NCBI GenBank assembly: GCA_964016885.1
Contig: OZ024743.1
Span: 292,020,001-292,084,000 of the forward strand
DNA length: 64,000 bases
Direction: 5' to 3'
Source of the DNA: Eledone cirrhosa
Taxonomy: Eukaryota
The notes beneath the pieces are model-generated. The model was not told the origin of the DNA and did not search any database. It saw only the letters and a program-made list of their open reading frames with translations. A program made the translations under genes and the position numbers. Below are positions 11,925 through 25,679 of this stretch, in pieces (the stretch's first letter is position 1; each line of letters opens with the position of its first letter).

Positions 11925-12475
11925 ACATTTTGAGTTTATGTTGGTTGTATACCAACACCTCAGTATGCAGGCTGGGGCACTCGACGAAGTGCGCAGGTTG
12001 GTTTGGTTACTCCGGAGTAGTGTAAAATAAAGTTAAATAAAAGTCAAATGATTAAAATTTAGCTTCGATTATTACTGCTATATATATTTCAGTGACAGCC
12101 ATCTTTGGCTGTGACCTCTTCAGGCAGTTTGAATTAGTATGGTATAGACAAGTACATATGTTGTTTAGGTGTATGATATTGTCAATACTCTGATATGCCC
12201 AGTTCCTTGTTGGGTTGTTAATTCACTGGGGAACTGGAGTCATATGACTCCAATATGACTCCAGTTCCCCAGTGAATTAACAACCCAACAAGGAACTGGG
12301 CATATCAGAGTATTGACAATATCATACACCTAAACAACATATGTACTTGTCTATACCATACTAATTCAAACTGCCTGAAGAGGTCACAGCCAAAGATGGC
12401 TGTCACTGAAATATATATAGCAGTAATAAACGAAGCTAAATTTTAATCATTTGACTTTTATTTAACTTTATTTTA
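11920..12475. mobile_element. Palindromic family C element; hammerheads at 12074-12128 (-) and 12370-12424 (+)
   Basis: Near-identical arms of about 220 bp. ACTGC-CTGAAGA-GGTCACAGCCA-AAGA-TGGCTGTCACT-GAAA-TATATATA^GCAGT. Confidence 0.85.
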
Positions 12476-12634
12476 TATATGTATACACATATATATATAT
12501 ATAACATTAGTTGGCGTTTAGAAATAAATGCATGGAATTGTGGAATTGTGGAATTGTATGAAATATTTTCTCAGGTTTGACAGTTAATTTCAGGTTTTAC
12601 TATTTACATCTCATAAGATTGCAGAAGGAAAGAT

Positions 12635-12734
<100 letters not shown>

Positions 12735-13576
12735 TTCTGGATGTGTGTGCGTGAGTTTGTTTGTTGTGTGTGTATGTATGTGTGTATTTGTGGGTGTAGA
12801 TAATTACATAATTGCTAGTAAAAAGTGAAGCGTTACTCATATCGATTGTAGCGAAATCATCAATAATATATGGTGAAAAACCAACATGGATGACCGCAAT
12901 GGGCATGTTTTTCATATAGATTATATAGGAAGAAGTAGGAGGTAAGGTCATATCTATGATGGAATGTGGTTGGTAATGTATTTAGTTCGTTAGTTTATCT
13001 GTGTTTGATGTTGTTATTCTATTGGTTTATGAAATTAAGAAGCAACCCCATAATAGTTGAAAATAAAGATTTGATTGTTATAGATAAAATTATGAACAAA
13101 TATATGTAATTACATAGATAAGGTCGAGGCATTTTTAAATGGTTTTCTTGAAATTCATATTTTGAAATAAAATTTAGATTCAAGCTCGTATAAAACCGTA
13201 AATATATAAGTTATTACCAACGAATAAATAGAGCAATTTTAAAAGGATATCTAGAAATAATTCATTTTCATTGAAACATTGATTCAAAATTGATTAACTG
13301 TAAACTATATATACATTAGAGAAATTTAACTATAAATCATACACACATTAGAGTAATTTGACTGTAAATCATATATACATTAGGATAATTTATGTCATTT
13401 TTGGAAGAATGAATAAACCTATTTCTAAGTAAATAAGTAAATAGTGTAAATAACCATAAAATATTTATTGTTAATCGATTGAAAACGGCTAGATCGGTGG
13501 TAAGAGCACATTTCTTGCCATTTCATTCTCTCATCCTTTCACAACCTTTTCTTTATGTAAATAACCATGTCAATTA

Positions 13577-13614
13577 CGAGCTGAGGATCCGCTAAGGTGA
13601 AACAATTGTTCTCG
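13577..13614 (+). ncRNA. Minimal type I hammerhead ribozyme
   Basis: CGAG-CTGAGGA-T-CC-GCTAA-GG-T-GAAAC-AATT-GTT^CTCG; the tail to (TA)n at 13713 contains CTGAGTGCTCT. Confidence 0.7.
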
Positions 13615-13734
13615 GTATGGTGAACTAACTGTTGTGTAACCACTTCTACCTAACTCGCCCCATGGACTGAGTGCTCTACCACTACGGATATTACCTTCCA
13701 GTGTTCTACCACTATATATATATATATAAACGTG

Positions 13735-14220
13735 TGTATATGTATAATAAAGCCAAAACAGTGCAGGTATGGAATCGAATAAAGAATGCAAATGCAAAAT
13801 ATATTGTTGACAATTAGTCTTTTACCTTAAATTTATTTAAATGTCCTTAATTTTCGAGATAATATCTCTTCTTCGGAGGGAAACAAAGCGGTTAAACCAG
13901 TGTTCTAAATAGCTTGCCAAGTCATGCTGACAGGAAATGGTATAGAGTATCACACTCTCTACCATTTCCTGTCAGCATGACTTGGCAAGCTATTTAGAAC
14001 ACTGGTTTAACCGCTTTATTTCCCTCCGAAAAAGAGATATTATCTCGAAAATTAAGGACATTTAAATAAATCTAAGGTAAAAGACTAATTGTCAACAATA
14101 TATTTTGCATTTGCATTGTTTATTCTATGTCCATACCTGCATTGTTTTGGCTTTATTGTACATATACAAAATGTTATACCTCATTACACAATGCTTCAAG
14201 TGAACTATAACTTCCTCCTA
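13735..14220. mobile_element. 430-bp palindrome (family G) with degenerate hammerheads at 13844-13880 (-) and 14021-14058 (+)
   Basis: Arms of about 213 bp, centre near 13950. CCT-CCGAAGA-A-GAGATA-T-TATCTC-GAAA-ATTA^AGG. Confidence 0.7.
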
Positions 14221-14230
14221 TATATATAAG

Positions 14231-14590
14231 GAGTACTCATATATAGGTGCGACATCCACTATCTTTAAGGAGCGCTAGTATAACCACAGAAGATCCTTCA
14301 AACATAGACTGAAACGACCCCAAACCAGACTGTCCGACTTGATCTGGGACCTCAAGGACAGGAATATTGAACCCCAGATTTAGTGGTCAGTGAAAAGACG
14401 CGTGGCACATATCCCCAGTGACAGAAACCACTGCAGATTATGCCTGGCTGAGGCGGCGGAAATAATTAAAATAAAATCCGCCATAAACTATAGGTCGGAC
14501 ATAATTGTCAATTGCAGACACACCAGGCTGAACACCTTTTCCGCACAAACATTCGGGGGAGGGCCACGCACTAACCATGACCCACCATAA
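14231..14590 (+). pseudogene. Penelope-like element C-terminal GIY-YIG endonuclease remnant
   Basis: Manual translation from 14240: YIGATSTIFKER*YNHRRSFKH...TRLSDLIWDLKD...I*WSV...HCRLCLAEAAEII...INYRSDIIVNCRH. Two in-frame stops. Confidence 0.85.
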
Positions 14591-15650
14591 TAATAACCAC
14601 ATCCGCCCCGTATCAACATCGCCCATCTCAACGAATTTATTAATTTTAATTTTAATTTTATTTTACTTTATCTTATATTATTGTATTGCATGTAACCATC
14701 TGTAAGCCCTATTTTGTATATCATGCCGCATACATCACCCCCACCAATAATCACGCTAACCATGACCCAGCATAATAATAACCACCTATACCCCGTCTCA
14801 CCATCGCCCATCTCAGCGACCTTATTTTATTTTATTGTACTGCATGTAACCATTTCTAAGCTCGTATTTTGTATATCATGCGGCATACATCACCCCCACC
14901 AAAAATCACATAACCATACACCCCTTATCCTTGCAACATTTTGTTAGATCGGTCTCCTATGAAAGGTTTTACCTTACACTCCATAGTAACATGGGATCTT
15001 GTAAATACAATGTCGATCATATCACACCATCGCCACTACCACCACACCACACATCGTCATATGTCTACCATACACACCCGCAACCTTATACCCCCATGTT
15101 CCCTCTGTCTACCCTAACCTACAACCCCACGCTAAATTCGACCCCGTAAATGTACTGTAGCGCGCACACAGAACCACCGCCACCACTAGATACATCCACA
15201 TACTTCAACAATCATTAACATCATTAACTTCATCAACACATATCATCCCTCACTCCCAGATCGACTGTATTATATCCACCCACACTCCCCGTCTGCCTTA
15301 CCCTGTAACAAACCGTAACTTCTGATCATGTAATCATCTTGTCGAACATATCACCCCAGCACCACCACCACCACCATGACTACAACACACATCGCCATAC
15401 GTCCATAAACTCTTCTCCCCCGCGTTTCCTATGTCACCTTTTAACTTGTAACCCATCGTACTATTCGATCCTGTATATTTTTGTCGCTCACAACTCCACC
15501 ACCACCACGACAAGACACAACTCCATACTTCATCAACACCGCCAACACATACCTCCACTCCCGAACCAACGCAAGTGTGTGTGTCTGTGTGTAAGTATTT
15601 TTTACATATACCGGCGTATAAATATGCGTGCGTGTACGCATATTTATCTA

Positions 15651-15682
<32 letters not shown>

Positions 15683-15700
15683 GTCTGTGCACATATATAC

Positions 15701-15759
<59 letters not shown>

Positions 15760-16907
15760 TTAGTTTTGCGAAAACCAATCAAACAGTGAGTGTGTTCTAT
15801 TATTAATTCTGGCAATATTACACAAGTATGACCCGCCCCAAGTATAACAATATATATATATGTATGTCTACATATATGTATATAGGTGAATATGTGTGTA
15901 TGTGAATGTGTGGGCGTATATGTGCATGTATGTGTATGTGTGTGTGTGTATGTGTATGTGTGTGTATATATATGTGTGTGTATACGTGTGTGTGAGTGTG
16001 TATGTGTATATTTTGTATACGTGCCTGTGCGTGTATGTGCCCATATCCGTATGTGTGTAAGAGTGTATGTATGTGTATGTATATATGTATAAAACCTTCT
16101 CCATTGCCTCTCACCTTCCCTCCATCTTTGTACTTCGCCACCCCCACCGATACTCCCCCACTATTCATACTTGTTCCGCATGCGCGCATGCGCATACATG
16201 TGTGTATATATACATATGGCTGTGTATGAGCGTGTGTCGATATGTGTGGGAAAGGGTGTGCGTATGTGTTTTGTGTGTGATGATACAACAATATATGTGC
16301 GCATATATACATATGTGTGTGTGGTTATACATATATACAACGTATTTGTCAGACGAAGAGCGTCTAGCTATGTATCTCCGTAAGGACTTGACACCACCAA
16401 CACATCCACCACACCACGACAAACGCCACTACCATGAACAACAACACCACTACCACACCCCCACACACGTCAACCCGTCTACCGACAATCCACTAACCGC
16501 ATACCACAGTAAGCGACCATAACCACCATCATATCATCACATCCACCCCCACATACTCTACACGCCAAGGCCAACCCACAACCACCACAGCACAGCCCAT
16601 CTCATCCACTGACCGTCACCAACATCTCACCATCACATCCACCCCCACATACACTACAAGCCAATACATCCCCTTGATCCGTCCCACCAATTAAAACAAC
16701 TCATTTTGTCAAACTCTTGAAACTCTGACTTTACCACATAGCATGTATTTCATTTTCTAATAGCATTTTAAGAGGGTCCGTCGAGCTTCCGATTATTGAG
16801 TCGGGTAGGATCGATACAGATCGAACCTTGAGCTGATCAGTGGCGAAACGCGCGTCACCTATCAATAAATGCAATGAAGGAGTAATCAATCGTCCTTGTT
16901 ATCCTTT

Positions 16908-16910
<3 letters not shown>
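14231..16910 (+). mobile_element. 5'-truncated Penelope-like retroelement with long CA-rich 3' region and degenerate terminal hammerhead (16774-16860)
   Basis: GIY-YIG remnant, then internal repeats, then GGT-CCGTCGA-GC...GC-GAAAC-GCGC-GTC^ACC and (TA)n. The extent is inferred and probably includes nested insertions. Confidence 0.5.
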
Positions 16911-16952
<42 letters not shown>

Positions 16953-18199
16953 TAAAAACAAGGCAGTAGTAACAGGATATAATTTGAAGAATTCTACGTG
17001 TTGCCAGTGTTACGTTATATAAAAGAACTAATGCAACAAATAACATGTTAATAATATCCATAGTGATTTAAGATATAGGATGCATTTTAATAATTGTTGG
17101 TAATTCGTTTAATGCCAAAAAATTGAAAATATAAATTATTAAATATTGTCAACATATATTGTGAAATTACGTTCGCAGGCGTTTCTCTCTCACTCCGTCT
17201 GCGTGCGTCTGCATTTATGTGTATAAAAAATGAGCCTGCAAATATTTGGTAGAATCATCCATCATAATTTTCCTGCGAAAATATATTTCCAGTTAGATAT
17301 GCATGGATACAAATATAAAACTTACATAACTTATATTATCGCTACTCTTTGATATAATTTGTCAAATCAACATTTTACATTCCTGTAAATTATATTTTGA
17401 TAGTGTGGTCAATTTGATATGTCAAATCTCTTGTATTATCCAATCAAATATATTACTTTAAAAAAAAACAAAGTTTAATTTTAAATATACATTATCACAG
17501 GCTAAAATAGAATCATATTAAAATGAATACAAGATAAAATACACGTTTATAATATTGGAAGTATTTGTTGAGTATGTAAACTTGTAATCCAATCAATTTG
17601 AAGTTGTCACAAATCAATCTGTAATAAAGTTAACAAGTGTAAAACATATTAATGTAACGTAATAAATTGATGGATTTAAAAGAAAATAGTATTTGCAAGT
17701 TCAACAATTAAATATAATTAATTGTACAGCGTTAATTAAGTACAATAATAATGAATTAAATGCATTTATTAAATGATAAAACTGCAATGGATTATATGTA
17801 GTTTCCGCAATAGATAATTATTGACTTATAGTGCTCCATAATTAAAATAGTCTTAGCAATTTGTTCATGTGTACTATTTTTAGAGAAATTTCCCCTTTAT
17901 GTTAAAAACATTCTCTTTCGTACAAATCATTATAGTGTACGAAAAGTAAAGAAAGAGTATTATTTTACTAAATGAGTTTGTTGAGATTCGGTCGTTAACC
18001 TATCTAAAGAAATGATAGTTTTAACAAGTTAATATCTTAAAACTCCCATGACTAAAAGATGAGCATAAGTTCTGTTTGTCAAATAATTAGTTGGGGGGGA
18101 TGAACAGAGTTTCTGATATGATTATGAGCTACGCAACAGAAAAAAACTTTTAGAATTTGTCTAACGTTTTGAGAAGGATATAATTTCCTTTAAAATATT

Positions 18200-18415
18200 G
18201 GTTTCTGATTTAGGCACAAGGCCAACAATTTGTGAAGAGGGGAAAGGCGATTAAATCGACCCCAGTTCATTACTGGTACTTTATTTTATCGATTGCTTAA
18301 GGATTTAAGGCATAGCTAACATCGGCAGGATTTGAAATCAGATCCTGAAGAGGTGTAACACTATGCCATAAAGCATGTTGTCGAATGCTCTACACATATC
18401 GTCAATCCACCGCCC
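18200..18415 (-). mobile_element. tRNA-derived SINE
   Basis: Homologous to 24-195. Confidence 0.75.
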
Positions 18416-19743
18416 TAATTTTCCATAAAATATTAAAAGGGGTGCTGATGGAATTACATTCCAAATATAATTTCGTGTGTATGTATCAAGACATATGTAC
18501 AGGCTTATAAAGATGTGCTTGCGCTCGTCAAATCGAATTGACTGTAAATTCTCCATATAAAATTTTGGTCACGTTAGTATTGGCCGGAACACAATGTACT
18601 AATTATTTGATTTCCAAGTGGACAATTCTTAGTGTTTATAAAATTACAGTTTGGTACATTAGGCATTTTCATTTGAAAGATTAGAAATCATCAATGTTTG
18701 TGCAAAATTATAGCTAGTGCAATAGGATATTGTAACATATTTTATTATGGACTTTGTATTATTTATATTCCCTAGTGAGTTGTTGATATTCGTAATTGAA
18801 GCGTAGGTTATTCCAGACAGCATTTCTGTTTCATTTTTAACATTGTAAAACTGTATTGCTGCTAGATATAATTTCAACGTGAAGCAACGTCATGTAAAAG
18901 TTAGATGTATTGTTGAAAATATTTTTGTTTGAACATGAAGTTGAGAATCTTATGAATACATTATAACCTAAATTGTAAATAATTCTATTGTTGTGATTTG
19001 ACAATCTTGTAATAATTTGTGTTTTTTCATTAGATTAATTAAGGTTCACAATGTAGCTTATCTGTTAAACATAACGTCGAGTAGACTGCTATCATTTCAA
19101 TGAGATTCAATTGTAATTGAGATGTTAGGAATATGTTAAGAATATTATTAGTGACGATATAAATATTCAGAGTTACATGTGAATTTGTTAAATAATGTGT
19201 TTATAATATATAGTCAAATAGTAGCTTGAAGAAGAAAAAAGAGATGTAATTGAAGATGACATGGATTGATTAACACGAGAATCTTGTATACATTCACCCC
19301 GATAGTGAGCAGTTATAGGAAACTTCATGCAGATACAGACAAAAGACATAATTATTAAATGAAAAGAATACATCATACCGATTAGAAAAATAATATACCC
19401 AAAGTACTTCCTTTTTATATTTTGTTCAAGCTGGCCTCAACAGGTGGACACACAATATTTAATCTGATTTGATAACGATATAACATTTTTAATGTGAAAA
19501 TATGATACTATACGCTGTCAATGATAAAATCTAGAGCCACCACTACACTTACTACATAAATTCTAAAATGAATTGTAAAATTCATGTTTAAAAAAATGTA
19601 AAATTGAAGAGAATAAAAATAATTAAATATGATAGATAATGAGACAATCATAATACAATTAGATTACACACAGACTTATAGACACCTAAGAATTAACGGA
19701 CATGACAGCGTATAGCAAACATAAATTAAAGAAAGTGTCAGGA

Positions 19744-20176
19744 CAGGGGAAGCACCCCTCGGCCCACGAATTATTTTTGTCCGGCCCGACAACAGGTTTC
19801 GATCTTAGGCTAAGGGATCCCTGAAAAAGTGCTCTGTGTTATTTGGGGTTAGAATACCGACTAGAGAACACGTCTAGCCACAAGAGTCCCTTAGCTGAAC
19901 GTAATATTTTGCCTGATGTACAACAGGCAAAAACAAGTATCTCCTTAAACGAGTTACCATTTCTGCCTATATTTTATTTATAGCAGGCAATGCGATTAAA
20001 ATAATATAACATAAAATTCATTTTTCTTCTTTAAATCCTGGGATTAATGTAGCCGTCTGGACAGAGCAGTTGTGGTCGAGCAAGCTTATTATATTTTGAT
20101 ATCATGGCCCGCTGATGAGACACTGCAGAGCTATATGGCTCGCAGACGGGACACCCCAAACATTAGCTGACCCCTG
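19744..20176. mobile_element. Non-autonomous hAT-like DNA transposon
   Basis: Termini CAGGGG...CCCCTG with subterminal GGCCC(G/A)C motifs; no clean 8-bp target-site duplication visible. Confidence 0.5.
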
Positions 20177-23135
20177 AGTGAAGATATGTTGCAGACGTAT
20201 TAGATAGTTTTTAAAAACGAAGATAAATTCAAAATAATAGCTAACAGGCATCAGTAATCTACCAGACCCAGTAATAAGTCATATTTAAAATATTTTCAGC
20301 TGGACAGAAAGTGATTTAGTAAAAGTAAAGTTGAAATGATGGAATGTAATAATATTTACAATAGGCCAATGAAATACAAATTCCTTACAACAGAAATTTC
20401 TTGTAGGTAACCTGAATTTGATTTGCGTTTTAGCTCTACACATAGAGTGGGGAAGAGGCGTAATATGAGAGGATAACTAGCAAAATTAACAACAAATAAT
20501 CTTAGAATTCCAAAACTTATATTTGATGGATATTTCACTTGATATTCCAATTGATAAATTATTTATGGTGCGATGCTACAACTGAACATGATATGAAATG
20601 ACATCACAATTAAAGAATATTGAAATTGTTTACAAAAACATTGTTGTCGAATCAAGGACATTCATCTGATTGAATATATAATTTGAAAGGTACTGGAAAA
20701 ACATTAAATTTGCTCGTCATTCTGATATGCCCGAGGTGTGTTATTCCAATCAAATCAGAATGTACAGATTGGTCTATCAGCTGCAAAGCATACAAACGTT
20801 ATATAGATTATATTATTAATACCAAATAATGAACTATCACTTTCAACATATAGTCATTCATTGTTAAATGTAAGTTGCTTCATGTCAGAACATGGTAGAA
20901 GTATTTATTACATGAATGTTGATTGGTAAATCCCCAAATATTAAATACTCCTTATTGGTAATTCATAAAAAATTATAAAATCTACTTTGTAATTAAAGAA
21001 AAAGATGTTAACAAAATATGTGTTTATATAGGTTATTTATTTTTACAGTTTAGTTCAAATATTTAGTTCAGATATTCCTTCTCGGGCTTTAGAGAAGACG
21101 ATCAATATTTCGAGAGCATAGGACATGTCATGCCACGGAGGTGTAACATGAAATGATCTCACCTCAATTTATAAGCGGCACGGGTCCATCATATAGCTTT
21201 TTGATGTTCATAGTTCATAATTCTGTCAGGTTTGACTTGAGCCATCTTTGATGATCCTTGCACTAATCAATGTAGCTTTCACCCCACTCTCACACTCTCT
21301 CCCCAACAGTAACCCTGGGAGAGAGGAAAGGCAAGGAGGCAATAGAGTGATGCGGTTGATAAAATAATCAGTATTGCTGAACTCAAGCAGCTTAATTGGG
21401 TTTCAATATATTTGCCGTTGACATTTTGTTGAATTCATACGTTCTTGTAATCTGGTATTTGGTAGGCGTACAGTCTGTGAAGCTGTCTACCTACTATCCA
21501 CAAACCAGTGAGCAATCCTAGAATGGAGTTGCTGGTTTAGACGTCGATGGCCCCATCATGAAACGGGTGGTACTGCTATACACGATTCCCAGTAGCAGAA
21601 TATTTGATAGGACAAGGCACTAACTTCATTGTGTAGAGGTATGAAATGACGAATCTAAAATGACTATCTAAGGAATTTTATTAAGAGGTGAATAATTACC
21701 AATGGGTGTGTTTATATATTGCCAATTTATCAATGAAGCTAACAAACAAACATATTATATTAGCATTCAACAATACCTGTATTATCATATGCCTTATTTT
21801 CTCCTTCATCGAAATAACGTCGAAAGCTTCAGAGAAGCAAGTAAAGTATTAAAAGACATCAACTGTGTTGTCAGCATACGATCACTTTAGCTTCATAAAG
21901 TGCGGTATCTGCTCTAAGATCTACAATAGGATCAAGTCGGTGAGAAAGAACAAAAAGCCTCTGAAATATGTCACCAAATAAATAAAAAGTGACAGAAAAT
22001 ACCAAATTAAAGAAGAAAAATAGATCATTCAAACAAACATAACAAAATTATATCCCGACTTTATCTCTGTCGAAATTCAAAACAATAACATTATGATAAA
22101 TGTTATGTGGAAACTTGATTGGCAAACTGAAGTTGATCTTTTTAATTTAGAAATACATTTTCATATTATTCTATTAGAGAAGGTTTTATGCTATCAGAAT
22201 AATAATTTGGAAATTAAGAGAATTGATATTCATACGCAGGAAAACAATTAAAAAATATAATAGATATTACGATTCAATATATAATGTTTCTATTGACAGA
22301 GTATATCTATTTGATATTTAATGAAAAAGGAGACGCATTCAGATAGAGCATTTCTACAAAATAAAGATTTCTTCCCCTAAGATATATAATCAGAACATTT
22401 CTTTGGCAATCTAAAGATACATTAACGTCGTTACAAATAGTTGTCATTTATTGGTTAAGTGCCTGTCTGGCCTCAAGAATATAATATATCATTTAAATAT
22501 TAAATATTGCATTAATTTAATGCATTGGCCTCTTTCCTGTTAATTAGGGGACGAATTAATGTATTATGAATATATAAATTCACGTACACAAACAGGCTCA
22601 AATACACAGAGAGAGGGAAAAACAAGGACACACAAGTAGGAAGATAAAGTGAGAGTAATATATATATATATATGTGTGTGTGTATGAGTGTGTGTATAGG
22701 GAGACAAAGAGAGAGGTGTGTAGCTCTGTCTGTCTTTGTCTGTCTGTGTGTGTGTGTGTGTGTGTGCATCTGTATCGTGTGCCTGTAAGCGTAGGGAAAC
22801 ATAATTTAAATTGAAATGAAAATCTATTAATAAACACTTGCGTTTTTGACAGACATTGACAAGGAAAAAGGAAACTAGTGAAATAAATTCTTGTACATAA
22901 AATTTATTGTCCATTATATTTTCAGGAAAGTTAAGGTCCTTATTCAATAAGGAAAGAAATATGAGACATGGTTAAGCTGAGGTCTTTCCCAAAAGCATTA
23001 GGAGCATAACTTAAATTTATTGTTTTAACTAGTAATCTCTAACATCGTATCGTATTGCTACATAAGCAATTAGCTCATATTTTGGGCAACCAATCATACT
23101 TACACACGTACATACACACACATATATATATATAT

Positions 23136-23174
<39 letters not shown>

Positions 23175-24061
23175 CGTGGGTGTGTGTGTGAGTGCGTGTG
23201 TGCGTGTGTGTGTATGTGTGTGGGTGGGGGGTATGTATATATGTATGTATATATGTATGTATATATGCGTGTGTAAAGAAAGTGCCAAAGATATAGTCGA
23301 ATTGGCAGAGTTAATAACGCATCATGTTTCATGGTATCCTTTTCGGGTCTCTGTTCTTCGGGTTCAAATGCTGCTTCCGTCATCCATTCAAGAAATAAAG
23401 AGTCAGTTCTGTACTGGTTTCTATTCCTGTTCTTGGTCATTGTCTCCATTCTCCTATCTCATTCTCTCACTATTTTAACTCTCACTCTTTATGACATCGA
23501 CGACGTAGAAAAAGAAGAAGAAGAAGAAGAAGAAATCAGTAGGGATCTAGTCTGGAAAGTCGTCGCCTCCGTTATTTTTGGCACTGTACAAGAAACACCG
23601 CATATGGCGACTAAGACTGTCAGAATATCAGGCCACAATAATATTTGGATGTATCATTGAATGAATACATGAGATGATATCTGAATGTATCTATTGTTCA
23701 TTTACCCTTAAATTATATTCATACCCTAATCTGTCGGCATATGCATCAAGAAAATCCATAAATGACTTCTTTTCTTCTCTAATCATTTCATAATTTATCC
23801 ACTCTTCTATTCCCTCACACATGTAGTATGAGGCCAACATACAGACTTATGTTCCTTCCTTCCGAGTCCTGGCAATAACAGACTATAATATATATGAATA
23901 CGCATCTTCTTTAGCATTAATTTTGACTCGATTCCCTTTCCATATTTGGTAAATATTCTGAACATCCCTGCTTTCTTCGCATTCTGACAAATTTGATAGT
24001 AAAACCCATCAAAAGTGATTTCGAAAGCATCATTAAATAAACAACTAATTATATACTATTC

Positions 24062-24134
<73 letters not shown>

Positions 24135-24138
<4 letters not shown>

Positions 24139-24830
24139 CTCTCTCTCATATTTCCCGATCTTTTATTCTATTCCTTTCTATTTTATTCAATCTCTCTATC
24201 TCTCTCGCTATCTCTGAAAAGGCTACGTCTCAAAATCTGTGACAAATGAATGCAGGGTGCATCGTTTTCGATGACACGCATTCATTTGTTCAACCAACAG
24301 AATGGCCTGAACGTAAATTAACGTGTAAGAGGCTGAATATTCTACAGAAACGTAATCTCTAAATCGAATAAGTGTGACAGAATTTATGACAAAGTAGAGC
24401 GTTCGAATTATATTAGAATACAGTCGATGCCATACAGTTTCAAAATACCCACTTTTATTCAAAAAGCCTGTGTCGACAGTACTACAGTGCTATTAAAACA
24501 AAACAAAACCAAAAGACACTTGTCCAATATGTCAAATACTGAGATCAAATGCTTGCATATTAACAAACGAATAAGACGTTTAGTTGATCGAATTACTCGG
24601 AGATTTACTCGAAAACGACGGAGATTTCCATCACCAGCCTACTCATTAGATAAACATGTGTATAGATAAACACGTGCTATGTTTATCTATACAGTAACAC
24701 AAGAAATATTAATCTCAAGATTCTGTCACAGATTTCGAGACGTAGCCTTTTCAGAGATAGCGAGAGAGATAGAGAGATTGAATAAAATAGAAAGGAGTAG
24801 AATAAAAGATCGGGAAATATGAGAGAGAGA

Positions 24831-24832
<2 letters not shown>
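24135..24832. mobile_element. MITE-like element with about 110-bp terminal inverted repeats in (TA)n
   Basis: 24135-24244 is the reverse complement of 24724-24832; about 480 bp of unique interior; TA runs on both sides. Confidence 0.75.
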
Positions 24833-24913
<81 letters not shown>

Positions 24914-25679
24914 TCTGTACTATCCCTTTTAATTTCGAGAGGTCTTGATATTCTATTTTCCAATAAAACTGTTCAATATGATGTAAACTATCAGGATTAC
25001 TGCTGATATGTTCATTAATTACTTGACATTTGGTGCAAACGATTCAGAAATACTGTTTTGCGTGGTTTAGGTAAAATCTATCTAATCTAATCTGGCCGAG
25101 TTTACACTCGCAAACAAAAAGAACATGGGCCGCCCCTAGAAACATCGGATTTGGTGTACTTCATATTTGTTTCGGTTGCTGAATACAATCGGGGGTCGCT
25201 GCTTCTCCTGAAGGTCAATAGTTCTCTTCTAACTCGAGGGGGGAGCGCCTTTCCATTGTCAATTTGCATTGATCATCTGCAAAGCCGCATTGTTCTCAGA
25301 ACCACTACACCAGTCATTCGATGCGTGCAGCTGAAACTACTGCCACGCATTGATTCGGTAGTATTTTTTTTTTAATGGCCGTTAACTGCTATGAGTTCTC
25401 CCGCACTTTGTCAGGTTTTGATTTTTGTCCTACAGGGTGTCCAAAATCACCCTCCTCACCAAGTAAACCTGGTGGGATTGCCGGTTTAGTCGCCGACGAC
25501 CTGACCATGCGACAGGTTGTACTGGATTACATGCTACCAGTAGCACTCAAGAGTGACATGACTCAAAAGACTAGATAAAAGAAATAGGGTATTTGTCAAA
25601 GAAAGATGCTTTTCGTTATTTGAAATCTTTAATCGTGGAGGTGAATTCCATATTATTGGCCATGCTTCCAAAGTTACAC

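Noticed and set aside
14231-14239. GAGTACTCA as another copy of the TTGAGTAC box
   Set aside because: It is in frame with the GIY-YIG coding remnant (EYS-YIG) and directly against the TA run, so it was not counted.
24212-24245. CTGAAAAGGCTACGTCTC(G/A)AAA in the MITE TIRs as a hammerhead
   Set aside because: G8 is missing, there is no convincing stem III or NUH, and it points inward, unlike the other cases.
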